Positions 33,461 to 47,925 are shown, counted from the first letter of the stretch. The stretch: DNA of 64,000 nucleotides from the human T2T-CHM13v2.0 reference genome, Homo sapiens (GCF_009914755.1 NC_060942.1); one strand, 5' to 3'. Notes: a model not told the origin generated them from the sequence alone. Translations and numbers: made by a program.

Positions 33461-36400
33461 TGAAAGAGGGGAGAAATGTGTCGGGTAAACAGCACAGCAG
33501 GATATCAATTGATAACCATTTCCTGATTATTTGTTCAGCTTGAGCTATGAGTTTCTGAGTGAGCGATATTATAATCTCCCACCATGGCTATGACTAGTTT
33601 TGTCCATTTCTCCTTGCAGCTATGTTTATGTATGTTTGAAGGTGATATAGTTAGGTCCAATTTATTATTTTGTACATTTGTTCTGTATTCTTATCTCTAT
33701 CAAAATTGATACAAATATGGATTAAGAGGATATGTCATTTTCCTCTACCTGGCCATCTTTACTAATGGACAGGACTTGACACAGGTAGTTATTTGTAGCT
33801 GGCTATCCACGATCTCGTTTTATTCTTTAGCACCATTGTAAGGCCACTGCAGGCTTGTTATTCATGACTTACTCTTGAGCACATGGAGACTCGGGAAGGC
33901 TGTGCAGCTGTGCCCCTGCCACAACTCCAGACCACAAAGAAAGAGCCTCAAAGTCTGGGCTCTGTCTTCTGCCCACCCTTCTCCTAGACAAGGCAGGCCA
34001 ACACATGGAGGCCAGACAGCTATGAAAGACACGTCTCCCTAGAGGTTGTTTGGATGGATTTCTTTGGTGCAAATTCTTGTATTAGAAATGACCCATTTGG
34101 GTTCTTTCTCTGGCCATCTGAACAAATAGCAAGCCCTGGCGAGCAAGCGAGCTGCCTCTCACTCCCCTGTGATCAGGAGGAGCTGAAGGACTTGCGGTGA
34201 GGCGAATGAAGAGCAGCAGTTGTTTTTTGGAGAGGTTTCCTTAGTTTGTAGACCTCCCTCTTTCTAATTCTTTCTCTGAAACATGTATCCCCTTTTCTGT
34301 AGCTCATTCCCTACATCCTTTTCATGCAGGTTTCCGTTAGGCAGTCCCTGGGGGTGATGATTTATGTTTACACTTCCCCTTGATTCTTTGGCTCAATTCC
34401 CTTCTGGAGTGCCTGTGGAGCCTAATCAACTCTGGTGCTCTCTATGCCCCGAACCTAGCTTGGGAAGGGGACTTGATTAGGCTCTTAGGGCGACTGTGGT
34501 CTGCAAGGGCCACGCTGTGGCAGAGCCCTCTGTCTGCCTGTTCTGCAGAGGGGCCCTGTTTTCCATGTAGGAACTCATATCAGAGGTCTTTTCTCTGTTT
34601 TCCTGGTTGTTTTTTCTTCCTTCCTTCCCTTCCCTCTCTTTTTCCCTTGTTCCCTCCCTCCCTCACTGTCTTTGTCTCTTTCTTTTCTTTCATTTTATGG
34701 GCTAATTGTCCCAAGGGCAGCAAAACAGAAACTGCTGGCTACGAATCTGCTGTGGGGCTCAGGGCAACGTGACGGATGGTGTGAGATGCGGTCATCGGCA
34801 AGGTTCATTAATAGTTCACTGCTTTGCATCAGCCTGGTTGCCACGATACAGCATCATTCATAATTTAGAATTGCTGGTGTGCCTTCTGTAATGTATTATG
34901 ACTGTGTTAGGAAGGCCTGGCCCCAAAAGCTCCCGGCATATGTGCCAGTGGCCTCAGAGGTCGGACTCTGGGCGGCTCCTCTGGGCTGGGAGAGTAGAAT
35001 GTTAACCGAGGCCCTGGGAATCAGGGGAGGGAACCCTGCAACTTCCCTCAGCTTACTGTGCCTCTGGTTTGCATAAAGCTTCCTCCATGAGATGGAACAA
35101 AATTCATGGAAATAACATTTTCCCAGAAAGAAACTTGGCTGTGACTGAGATGTCATTTTGATTAAAAATGTCAAAAGATAAATGAATTACAAAAAAATAG
35201 CTAACAGAGGAAACCCAATTTTATGTAGTAAAATTTTCATTTTCTATATTCCCACACCAGGAGGTATAGTTATGATTTAGCATTGTTTTAGACTTGGTAA
35301 AAGGACTTTATACTTTCTAACTTTAGAGACCACTGCATCCTATAGACAGTCAGGCGGCTTTCCAGGCACTCTTCCTGGGTGATGTGCCTGCCTAGGGGGC
35401 TGCAGTTTTCCCTACTCTCACCTTGTCATTTACTCACTCGTTTCCCTCCCATATATCAAAACTGTCTCCCAGAGGCAATCCACCCCTTACCGTAACTTCA
35501 AGGCAATGTGCTACCTTTCCTGGTGCTTGCGTTTAGGCATTCTCTCTAGTAGCTAAGGATAGCAAATTTATTTTTTCTTCTCAAAATCCTTTTGGGTGTA
35601 ACACAGTGGGAGGGGAATGATCTTGGGTGAGGTGTGAGACTTAGTGTTCCTGAATGTATGCCAAGTAGGTGACTCACTGCTTTTGCTAGTAAGCTTAGAG
35701 GCCAGGCCAGGGGCCACTAGTTTTGCTTCATTTAATATCATTTATTAATGAGGCCAACCAGATATTTCCAATTATTTGTCACTTGGCTCTGAGCTATTGG
35801 CCATCATTTTTAAAAGGCTGCAAATATTCTTTGCATTTCTCAACAAACTCGACCTAGTTTTCTCATTAGGCATTTGACCTACACCTGAGAAGGTGTAAAT
35901 GATCAGGAAGTGAAAGTAAAGGAAATGAATATGTGGCTTCCATGTCTGGAGCTTTAGTTTCTCAGTGTCTCAGCACCCCTTTTTGGAGTGGTGAGGAGAA
36001 GCAGAAGCCTTTGGGGCCTGGCACAGGGAATGGCCATCCTGGCTGGGAGAGAGAGGGAGAATCAGTGCTTACTGAGCATCCTCCACAAGATAGCAAGGTA
36101 TCTTAGATATGGAGAGATGTAGCGGGGATCCTGCAGAGAGTAGTGTGGGAGAGGAGTGCCCTCAGGCCTCCCTGATGTCAGAACCATCTGCACAGGCTAA
36201 ACAGAGATCGATTCTTGGACCTTGTCCCTGTATCAGAGTCTCAGGGCCTGAGCCATGAGGATTCAGCATCTCCAAGATGTTCAGCCTGAGTGAGTTCGCA
36301 AACAGGCAAGCAAGATAATGGGGGCTTGGAGGGGGAAATCATGACACTGGTATTGGGGCTATTGAGTTTGAGGTGCCAATGGGTTATCAATCTAGAGTCC

Positions 36401-38849
36401 CTGGAGCTGCCTGCCAGGGGCAAGAGGGAATTAAATCTGCTGGCATGGATGAAATTTATCATTGATGGTGACATGCATCACCCATGAAGTGACCTTGGTA
36501 GGAGAGACAGAGCCATCAGGGGAAAGATGAATCCTTGGGGCAGCTTTCAGTGCCAATGTTAAGTACCTCTCAAAGGGTGACTTCATATTTTGGGTGCACA
36601 GGAGTCCGGAGGAGCAGATCTGGCTGAGTTGGATGATGACTTGTTTAGAACCTGGGGCTGCTCTCAGGCTACTTTCGAGGGAGAGCTCACATTAATTGAC
36701 CCTCCACTGAGAGCCAGGCCGTTTACACACATTCTGCGACCCTTAGACTCATCAGCGTCTGAGTTTCCCCAGGCCAGCTCTGAGTATGGTTTGGAGCCTG
36801 GTGAATACCCAATCTACACCCAAGGCAACCATGTCATTCAGAAGCCCAGAGCCTGATGACTGCTGAGAAGTGGAAGGGAACAGTTATATTTTACAAATGG
36901 AACTTGGCTGGGAAGGGGACAGAAACCTGAGTCTAAGACAACTCCAGAGGGGTAGGGAGAGTCCCATCATCTTTTTGGGTTTCTACCTGGAGGCCAGATC
37001 ATGTTGAAAGCCTCTTTTCCACCTCCTCCTCCACTCTGGGAAACTGAAGCTGGTTCGGCAGCATTTTCCCAATTCTACACCCTCACCCCCCACCACCAAA
37101 CAACTAGCAGCTGAAACTGTCAGTGAATGAGGACAACACACACCAAAGCCAGGAAGAACATGAGGCAGGACCCATGAGGAGTAAAGACATGAACAGGCTG
37201 AGAGACTGAGGAAGGCGACAAGCATGTAGAGGACATGGCCCAGGGGCTTACAGTGGTGGACACGGGGCCACTTGGTGGGCTCCAGGTGTCTGAGGCTGCA
37301 CCCAGGCACTAAGTTTGCAGGTGCAGAGAATAGAACATGGCCGCCTCTTCCAAGTCTCAACCCTGGGGGAGCCTCTCTATGGGCTGCATTACATTGCTTG
37401 ATCGTGATGCAATAATGTCAACTAATTGTTCTTCTAAAATCCAGGAGTTTGCTGACTTGAGGCTCGGTGCCAGCCCATCTCTTGGAAAGCAAGCTGCCAA
37501 GCTGTGCTACAGCGCCTTTGCATGGCCACCCCACAGGCTTTTCCAGAATTCTGCTCCAGGAGCTCAGCTCTTTCGACCTTTCCTGGGACTCAAGGCACAT
37601 CCTCAGCTTCTCTTCTTGAGCCCCCCACCCAACCCCTGCTCTCTAGCAGCTCTGGGGGCTGCACCAGTCTCTCCATGGACTGACAATAGAAACACCTGGT
37701 TGGTTAACTTGAGGTTTCCTGGGTGCAGTGGCGTTTCAGAAGCCCTTTCTTTCCCGACCTCAGTGTGGGCCAGAAAGTCTAGAAATTAGGGCCCAAAGCT
37801 ATTGAAATACCATCAGCAATTCCCATTCCTCTTGCGTGGTCACTACCTGGGACATTTAGCTTCAGTTCCTTCCTTTTGAGTAAACGGTTTTAAATTAACA
37901 TTTAGTGTTAGCTGTAAATATTTTTTTCTCCCTACTTCCTACCAAGGGAGAAAATGCCCATGAGGAAGATGGACTCATCTTGAGGAAGATGCCCATGCTG
38001 CAGATGTGGAGACATGTGAGATAGATGAGGCCGGCACACTCCCCACATCCTGGAGAAAGGCGGGAACTCACCAAATCCCAACCCCTTAGCCTTTCGGATC
38101 CCGCAGTCGGGCCTGAGGTGCAGAGCTGGGCTTGAGGCAGGGGCTTTGCTAAGAGCTGCAGGAGGGCCGAGGCCCAGGAGGTGTGTCCTTGCCTGCCACG
38201 CACATTATTTTGCTGGTGTTACTGCATTGCCCAGAGGAATGAGAATTAGAAATGTGAATGTGTGCAAAGAAACACTGGGGGGAAGAAAGACTTTGGGGAA
38301 AATCTTCTCCCAACTCAAAAAATCCCCCTGAATCTCTCCATTTCTTTCTCTAAACACAATTCTTTATTATTTTACATTGTGCACACTATTCATGTTTACT
38401 ATTGAAACATTTTTTAACCTATGAATTTGTTTATTTCACCTTGTGTCTTCTATTCAGTAATAAGACACTTGTAGAAATCATGACACTATTGTTCAGATAC
38501 TCAGATTTCTCAGGTAAATTAACATTCCCATCTTGACCAATAACTCCTTTGTTGCAAACATTAAATCTACAGCCAAAGACAAATGGAAAAGTAGGAATGA
38601 CCAACAAGGATAGACTAGGAATGAGACACCCATTTATACTTTATCATTATCTTAATGCTGGTACTGTACTTCACACCCCAAAAAGTTACTTGGGAGCAGT
38701 CTTTGTTTTCAGCTATTTTCACTTGTCTATCCATAAAAGAATGGATGTATAACTAGCAGATGGACTTTGGGACTCGCTCACATAGCATGGTGGTTTCCTG
38801 CTACCGGGAAGCACAGGTGGTTCTGAGCACTGGCCACGCCCCACTGAGC

Positions 38850-38980
38850 AGCACTTACCCTGTGTGTCCATCTCTACATATGGAAGATGAGAAAAGTAAT
38901 ACCCGCCCCCTGGGTTTGCGGTGAGCATGGATGAGATCATGTACGTACAGCACTTAGCAAGGGTCCTGCCCCCATGAAAA
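38850..38980 (+). mobile_element. MIR fragment
   Basis: gtgagcatggatgagatcatgtacgtacagcacttagcaagggtcctg resembles the MIR 3' region. Confidence 0.6.
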
Positions 38981-41296
38981 CTACAATGCATGTTGTTTCT
39001 CTGGGACCAGGGGGCACACAGCAGAAAGTGCCTTAGCCTCTCTGTCAAACGTTCTTTTCTGGCGATTTCATCAAGGTTGGGAACAGAGAGACAACCTTCA
39101 CTTTGGAAGGTAATTTCTCCCCTTTTCTCTATGCCTTCTGGCTGATCCAAGGAGTAGACTTCCCCAGGGAAGTCTGACAATCTCAGTGGCTTAGGAAAGT
39201 GCTCCTCCTATGTGGGGTTGAGAACCAAGTGGCCGAACCAAGGAGGGTGAGTGGATTGCATGAGCTCCCCAGGACAGGGTGGAGCTGGAGGGCTGTCTTC
39301 CCTTCGACAGTAGCAGCTTTGAAGCACATGTGGGTACTGTTAGTGCAAATGGCATGGAGCATCTGGTGAAGGGCAGGGTAAGATTTCACCAGCTGTCAGT
39401 GTCTAATGTCCCCAAGTCTCATTTTGATTGAGATAGAAAAGACATCAAAACCTAATCTGTTAAAGCATTGATCTTAATAATAGTCGTATTTTTCTATATC
39501 ATCCGTATCGGTAAGCATTTTTGTATTCATGTGAGCTAATTTGTGAGATGATCAAGGAATATGGAAAGACCAGGCCACCAAGCATGAAAGTCTGATTCTG
39601 TGGTTTAGTATGACACCTCAGAGGTTCTAGCAGTCCTTGGAGGGTCGTCCAATCGCCCAAGTTTGACCTGGGTGGCACTTTAGACCTGGCACGCCTCTTA
39701 CTCTCAGTATTCTGAGAGTAAGCTCAGAATACTCTCAGCTTTTGCAGCCATCTGACTCTCTGACCTCAGAGCAAAGGGGCTGGAGACAGAGCTGGGTGAG
39801 GTGCTGGGGGAGAGTCATTTCCACTGCCCTCATTACTTGAAGGATGCAGGTTGAAAATTCCCTGTTGGTAATTCATTAGCCTGGGAAATAAATAATGTGG
39901 AAGGCACAGAGGTGGCATAGAGGAAAGTTGCTCACCAGTACCCAACCCCCACACCGGCCATACCAAACAGGTATGTGGGAACCCAGGTGCGGGGCACGAT
40001 TTGACAAGTGGGGGTGCTCTCCGGCCAGTGCTCGCCAGGCAGCAACAGGAGCCTCTGGTGGAGAAGCAGTGCCAGCAGGATGGCTGGCCCACAGTGCAGA
40101 CCGGCTTCCTGGGAAACAAGGCAAGTCCTGGCTCCACCACATCTTTGGCAAGTCTCTAACCCTCTTTCTGTTTCTGACTGCTCATGCTTTTAGCACAGGG
40201 TTTGACACATAGTCGTAAGAGCAAATACTGGAACATTATTGATATTATTAGTCTCTCAGCTCCTGAAACCATCTCCAGCAATCTTTCTCTGCCCCTGCAC
40301 ATGGAGTAAGGGTCTGGGTGGGAGAGGCAGGCACAGTTCTATCTGGCTTTCCCTGAATACCTTAAAGAAACTCCAGCGGGGGTCAGGTCTGCGATGCTAG
40401 CGTAATTGCCGAAGTTCCTCTGTCTCTTCGAACTTCCCTCCAGGACATTCCCTCCGCAAGCCTTTCTCTCCCCTTTCTCACCATCTGGTTTGCTTTCATA
40501 CCTACACTTGCCGTGCTTCTGGACGTCTGTGGCAACCCTGCTGTGAAGGTCTCAGGTACAGAACTTAGTCTTACGTGGAAGAAAACACAGGGCTTCCCAA
40601 AGGTCTTACTGCAGGTTTAAACTGTAATGGTGTTAGAAGTATAAATAATACAAACTTAGAAAAGGCAACATTGTAAAGGATAATAATTTAAACATTTAAG
40701 ATACTAATATCTTTGCTATGGACATTCAAGATAACCGCTGTCTTGTGCTAGTGGTTCTAGTCCATTTTCAAACTGCAAACACGGAGAAGCAGCCACAGGA
40801 AGGTTGCCTTTGAAGATCCTCCAAAGAACATCCTGGGACGGAAGGTCTGATGGAGACTGCCAGTGAACAACAAGGCCTCTGCCATGCTGTGGGTCTGGAT
40901 GAACATCTGGACATGGTCTCACATGCAGCCTAAAAGCTGAAATGTAATACTCAAATTTGCAATGCTGAAGTAATGGGGAATATTTAAATAAACTTCCAAA
41001 TGATGAGTTCTCTAAGTCTGCAGCATTTATATTTCTGATTTGGGACACACTAGATAGCTCAGTACCAAGCTATGTATCCAACCCAAAAGGTCAGAAGAAG
41101 AATACAGAATAACACAAAGAAGTAAAAAAAAAATAAAGATAAAAACCTTTATAAACTAGAAAGCAAATAATAGGGAAAAATACTACTCTGAAAATCCTAA
41201 TAAAATAGATTGAATAATAGGCAAATGTGTTCAATAAAAATATGTGGGAATATAACCACAGATACTTATGTCTTAATATAACACTTTAATATTTTA

Positions 41297-41680
<384 letters not shown>

Positions 41681-42769
41681 TTAAAATGCCCCTTATTCAA
41701 AACAATGTAGACTCTGAGAACCAATCATTTGTGTGCACTGTTTGTACCAAGTGCTTTTATGCCAAATCTAACTTGGGCAATGTAGTTTCAGACTGTTTTC
41801 TCCATGAAATGTAATGTATTCTTTCCTCATTCAATATTGCGCTTAAGAGTCTGTGTAGGGGAATTCTGGGCAGATAAAGGTAGTGCAGTCTAGAGCCTGG
41901 CACTTCCTCAGTCATGCCCTATTGCCTCCCCTACAAACAAACAAAAGAAGTGCAGATGAGAACTAGGCCAGGACAAACCTGGACTCCAAAGAATGACATG
42001 ACAGCTGCAGGAGGAGCCCCTCACAGGTGGGAGAAGAGAGGAACGAGGACGGCCTTGCCAGGCAGAGCTGGGATCAGGTCACCCAAACAAGCGATGGCCC
42101 CTGGACCCTGGAGGGTTTTCTTTTCCCCATACTCATTGGTGGGTGAGGGGCTGCGCAGGGCTAGGCCTGTAAACTCTCCAAAGTGACAGGTTGTAGCTCC
42201 CTCCCACGACCAGGCCCCATGCCACATCGGCCCTGAGAAGAAGCTGTTGGGGAGAGTCTATGCAGCGCAGACCAGTTGCTACTGGGAAGAGAGGGCCCAG
42301 AGTGGGCGGGGGGACAGAGCGGAGGTCTCAGGAAGGAAGGGCGCACTTAGGAACCAGTGAAAACCACAGCGGAGGGGCCTCCAGTGCTGCGAAGCTGGAA
42401 GAGCTTCCTACCCTGACGTCAGGGAAACAACCCCTGCAAAGGAGTGACAGAGAAGGACTGTGCATCAATCCAACACCAAAGGTGGCCAGTGAAAAAGAAT
42501 AAGGGGCAGGCTGGTGGCCTTTGAGACTGTCAAAGTTTGCCAGAAAGACATGCTCACCAATGGGTGGAAACCATAATCCAGTGTTTCAAAATGAACTCAC
42601 ATAAATTCAGAAAATAATAGAAGACATGAAAGAACAATAAAAATCAGAATTAGAAAACTCAGAAATGAGTTAGCATTCGGGAAGAAATTAGCGAAAAAGT
42701 AAAACATGGTTTGGGAAGGGATGACTCAGAAGTACAGTAAGGGAACAAATGCCACAGATATGGCAAGGC

Positions 42770-43480
42770 AAGCGGTCACCTTACTGACTGGGCTAATCAA
42801 CCCAGGTCAGCAGAACAAGGAGGCTGTTGCCACCCAGCCAGGCAGGGAAGAGTATGTTGGTGCTCAGGGGATCATCCCTCTTTGGTGCTTGGTGCCCAGT
42901 TTGAATGACAAAGAGGCAAAGCTGTAGCCAGGACCCGAGGAGGGCTTGAAACCAGGACTTTGGGCCCCTCGGCTTCAGGGTCTGGCTGACCCCGCCAGGG
43001 CTGCTGGCCAAGGGTGAAGGGATCTCGAAAGGGTGCGGGAGGGGTGGGTGATGAGTCTCACTTTGGCCTTGAAACCAGCTGCAGGGGGGCCTGTAGCTCC
43101 TTTCACTTTGCTCTTCCCTTGCAAGAGAAGTAAGACCTCACAGGCTTACTCTGGAAGCCGGTGTCCAAGGGTAGACAGTGATGGGTAATGCAATCTCCTA
43201 GGATCCCCTCTGGACACCCACATGCCCATGGCTGGCCCTGTCCCTCAAAGGCAAAAACCCTCATTTAAGGTTAAGTCCTTGCCCAGGGGATGGCTATGAC
43301 AATGGCTTGCTGGTGTGGGATCCAAACACCCCTGGCTTAGCTTGGGATAAAGGAAGGGCTACCCCAGTTCCAGGGCTCAGTTGCAACTGCAGCTTCTCTC
43401 TGCCTGGACCTGCCTTCCTCCGTGACCTGTATAACCTGTGATCACTGCCCTAAAATGACCTCATGTGACTCTGTCTCAGA
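42770..43480 (+). mobile_element. Degenerate ERVL internal (pol C-terminus) remnant with a possible adjacent LTR
   Basis: ggcttcagggtctggctgaccccgccagggctgctggccaagggtgaaggg reads GFRVWLTPPGLLAKGEG, resembling the ERVL KVWVTPPG...LAEGEG motif as recalled. Confidence 0.4.
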
Positions 43481-44364
43481 GTTTAGAGAACCCAATCTAA
43501 GGTGGCAGCAGGCTGCTTGGCTGGGGTGGGCGCCCTTTGAACCTTAACATGTTGCTGTTTAGAGCTTGATGATCCCTGATGGTGTCAGATAAAGGAGGCT
43601 TGAGGAGGGTGAGAGACCCATTTGCCCAGGTCTCCCATCCCCATAGTGACTGGGCCAGGACCAGAAGCCAGGCTTTGGCATTCTCTGTGTGATTTCCAGT
43701 CCAGCACACGCAATTCTGGAAGGAGTGCCCTTTTTGGCCGGCACTCTTTCCTGCAATATGTTCCTCTCAACGCATCTGGAGGCTTTTGCCTGACACCCTG
43801 GAAACTGTTTTCTTGAGGAATATTTCAATTCTGGTATCCTCTGATCTTTACGTTTTCTTCTCATGAGCATTTTCCTATGCCTAATCTTTTCTAAATGAGC
43901 TACAATTTGCTTTCTGGAAATTCCTTGTTGACTTTTTTTAAAAGAAAGAACTCACAACCAGATATGCACCATGATTCTTTCTGCTGTTGGGAAATCAGAA
44001 CTTCATGCAAGAATTCCGCTAAGTGGTTTGAGTTTATTGTTGCAATGATGGAAGCAGTTTATCTCCACAGGGGGAAGCGTGCTGGCTTTCACCGTGTTAA
44101 GAATAAATATGCACTAATTAATTCTGTACAAGACACAAAATCATTTGAAGTCTGCTACTTTTTTAAAGCTCCATATTCACTGTAATAGTTTCCTTTTTGG
44201 AAATTATTTGTTAGTTGTTTTCTGCTTATATGAGGAAAACAAAACAAAACAGAACCAGCAAGAAGTGGATTCTTATTTCAGTTGATTAAAAAAAAAACTG
44301 TACACTGTATCAAAACAATCCATTTTCTATTTCATGCAAAAAAGCAAAATAAGGAATATTCTTA

Positions 44365-45647
44365 AAATGACTTTGCAGGATGTGCTTTATTTTAAGTCAG
44401 CCCTGAACCCAAACTACACAGGATCAATTTTTGACATATTCTAGTCCATTCAATGATTCTTCTCAGAAACTGTATCTTAATATGGAATGAAAACTACATT
44501 TCAATCATAAATTTTTCATGCTACATTGTTATTTAATGAAGAGGTTGTATTACCAATAATAATAATTTAAGAAAAGGCCATTTTTATTTCCCCAAGCTCA
44601 ATATACATATTTCTTTCATAATTATGAACTTAAAAAACCCGTCTCAGATGTAAAAATGTGAATTGGAATATGTAAACTCTTTGATATACCTGAAAAACAG
44701 GAAGGAAAATGTCACATACTGGGAAAACCATTGCCTTAAATCATGGAAATGGGAAAAAGCACGTTAAGGGAAGGGGAAGGCAGAAGAGCGGTCCTGACCT
44801 CAGTTATTAAAGAGTTACAAAGTATTCTAGGTCCCACTGGGTTGGTCTTTTTACTCTTCTGCCTCATGTCTGTTTGCACAGGAGACCGCAGCCCTCCAGA
44901 ATGGTTCCCCTCATTGAAGCTGGTCACTGGTGGACCATAACAAAGCAGGTGTACACATCATTTGTTTTGCTCCTTTTTTTTTTTTTTCCTGAGAAGTCAC
45001 TGGTGTTTAATGGAAAGGTATCCTATTAGTCCTTGGTTAAGATAAGGCAGTAAGAGTATCACTAATACTATGTTTTTGCTTAGAATGAGGCTGATCCTTC
45101 CACTGGCGTCTTCACGGGCAATTAGTTCCCTCTCTTTTGCTCCTAGAAACACAGGTAGGAGCTGTCTGCCCCCTATTGCTGTTGCATTTTCTGAGTGTGT
45201 TGAAGGCTCATCTAGTCTCATCACAGCAGCTTCCCCAGTGGGGATGGAGCGCTGTATATTGCATTGTAGCATCTCTCCAGGAAGTGCACGGGCCCCACAG
45301 AGGAAAACACAGGCATCTTTCTTTCTGACTCCTCTTCTGTTTCTCTTAGGGACGGGGCCCATAAATGATTCCTTCACATGATCAATCAGAATGCGAGACA
45401 CTGTTGACTAAAACATAAAGCAAGTAGCCCTGATTTCAGAGAAATGGAGTTACAAATAACATTTTCAACAGTGCCTTAACTTGCAAGGTAGCTTTTACTG
45501 CAGAAGGATATCAGCTCCTTTTGTCTACCTATCAGAAGAGAAACAAACCATTTCCGTCGAACTAGAAATGCTTAGCTCTTATGAGAATATTGTGCTTTTA
45601 AAAAAAATTCAAATGTTAACATTATTTGCAGTCTGTGTTCTAAGGTT
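44365..45647 (-). other. PIEZO2: PIEZO2 3' UTR (~1.3 kb to the most plausible poly(A) site)
   Basis: Follows TGA at 45648-45650; AU-rich; AATAAA on the minus strand at 44386-44391 with U-rich sequence downstream. Confidence 0.7.
44386..44391 (-). terminator. PIEZO2: Polyadenylation signal AATAAA (PIEZO2)
   Basis: tttatt on the plus strand; alternative hexamers at 44583-44588 and 44033-44038. Confidence 0.65.
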
Positions 45648-45900
45648 TCAATTTGTTTTTTCTCTAGTCCATTTGATCATTGTCTCTGGTGAGCGATATA
45701 GGAATATTAATTTGGCATAGAGATCTTCTTCTAGCTCCAGTTCTCCTGTCTCTCGAACTAAAAAAATATCTGTGCACAACTTCAAAATTCGATCCACATT
45801 TGGAAGCTCTTCAAACATGATGGAGTGAGAAATCCCACTGAAGAATTCACGGACAAATTTCCCAATCACAAGGACAACTGAAGCATATAATCCCATAATA
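45648..45900 (-). CDS. PIEZO2: PIEZO2 terminal coding exon (inner helix and CTD)
   Basis: Acceptor tttttttcag; IMGLYASVVLVIGKFVREFF...MFEELP...YRSPETMIKWTREKTN*. Confidence 0.99.
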
Positions 45901-46810
45901 CTGAAAAAAACAGTAAGTAGAAATTGCATACAGCAGTTAAATATAGTTAATAAAGAAAAGCATGTCTAAAAGAAAAAAATATTACTTTCCCTCAAATTCT
46001 GTAGAAGAAATAAGCAAATCAAATCTTACATTTTTTCCCTTTGGTTAAAAAGTTGACTTTTTATTATAGAATTATTATAAATAGAAAATAGAATTATGTA
46101 TTACAGAACTGTTAGACTTGAAAAATGAAAGTCCTTTACAATCTCACATTCTGTAAATAATCAGTGCTAACCGTTTCATGTATGAACTTTAGGTGGTTTT
46201 GTTGCATATATTAAATGCATAAACCATATAATGTATTTGGTAGAAATGTAATTATATATGATTTTCTGTGGCAGGCTCCTTTCCTTTTAGCAATACTGTC
46301 TCTCAGATTAATTTTTATAAAATTCTGGGTGAAAATCATTTCTTATGAGGCTAACTTTGAGAAATACAATATTTTACATTTGTGTCTTGTGGGGATGTGC
46401 GTGTCCTAGGATTTAAGCATCAGAACATGATGCGATGTTTCAGAAGTTCAAAAGCAGGATGTCTAATAGATCCATCTGCTAAGGATTAGAAGGAAATCTA
46501 AGCAGAAAAGTGATATTTCTGTGCTAATTTATACAAGTAAACATGGGATTGGATTAAACTGTGCCATAACAGGAAGACGTGGAGTAAAGAAGCCATATAC
46601 CTGGGCTGTGTGAGTCACACTGGGAGTTTTGATCTCTTTGGGACTCTGGTGCCTCATTTTTTGAAATAAAATGCACACAAGGATGTGTGCATTTTAATAC
46701 TGCAGCTCTAAAATTAGCGAATTCTAAGAAGATAAAAGGCTTCCCACTCTCAACTTTACATGATACAGAAGTAGACTCTTGTAACTGTGAATTGTTCAAT
46801 GAGTCCTTAC

Positions 46811-46994
46811 CCATAGCCAGCCAGGAACCCCAGACTTGGGGGACTGACTTTGTCATTGAAGACCACCAGTTCCAGGGCCTGAGAGTTCGGATTGTATATT
46901 CTGTTTCCAGTCAGGTTGAGAACCCACCACTCACTGTTATATTTAGTTGTATTGTCTCTGGACAAAATGATGGTAATATCCATGAAATTATTTT
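46811..46994 (-). CDS. PIEZO2: PIEZO2 coding exon (184 nt, end of cap domain)
   Basis: ttctag|...NNFMDITIILSRDNTTKYNSEWWVLNL...DKVSPPSLGFLAGY|gtaagg; phases match neighbours. Confidence 0.98.
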
Positions 46995-47925
46995 CTAGAA
47001 GGGTAGAAATGCAAAATTAAGTTGACATGAGAATTTTAGGATTTCATGCACAGCAACAGTTTTCAGATGGCAAAATCTGGTTACTAACTATAGCATAAGG
47101 TTCTAGGATGAAAAGGATGCATGGACATACTAGAAGCGTGAATGGGCAAGGAAGAGAGGGCCCTGGGTATGTAAGTGATTTTTCCTTTTCAGTGAGAGAG
47201 GTCAGCCGCTGTTGCTACATGGGCATGGCAGCAAAACCACAGGGCAAAAGTAGAGGATCCACCACCTGAGCAGCTGAGCTGATAATCCCAAATGACTCTG
47301 TAGACATTTAAAAACCCAAATTTCTGACTTGTGATCAAATCAACCAGTCCATTCATATTACCAGCATTTGTTGCATGTCTCATAGGAGGAAGGCACTCAA
47401 TTAGGTGCTAAAGGGTTCCAAAATTGCATATAACATTGTTCCTTATCTCCATGGGAAAAGACTGTATACACAAGCACAATTTATGGGCACATGACAGCCA
47501 CCATGGGACCAGCATTGACAAGGTCTGTTGGCTTAGAGAGACCACTTCTGGATAGTATGCTCCATGGGTGCTTCACAGAGGAGATAACTTCTGAGCTGAG
47601 ATTCGCCAAGTGAGAACTTCAATAGGTGAAGGTGGGTGAGGAGGGAAGCTCATTTCAGGAAGAGTGATGGGACACAGCTCAGCAAATCTCTGAGAACCAT
47701 AATATCGGGTCAGTGATTACTTTTATTGGAGTTTAGGGTGAATGCAAAAGAGTTGTAAAAGATAGGGTAAAAAGCTTGTAGTGACATTGTATAGGTCTTT
47801 CTAAGAAGATTCCACTCCTGCCAATGATACTGGTGCTTCCCCTGAGAAACATGGTGGTGAACTATAAACTAAACTGTGTGAAGGTGGGAGCAACATCAGC
47901 ATCATTTCATACTAAATTCCTAGAT

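Noticed and set aside
43031-43048. G-quadruplex motif GGGtgcGGGaGGGGtGGG
   Set aside because: Common motif within a probable ERVL relic; no functional context.
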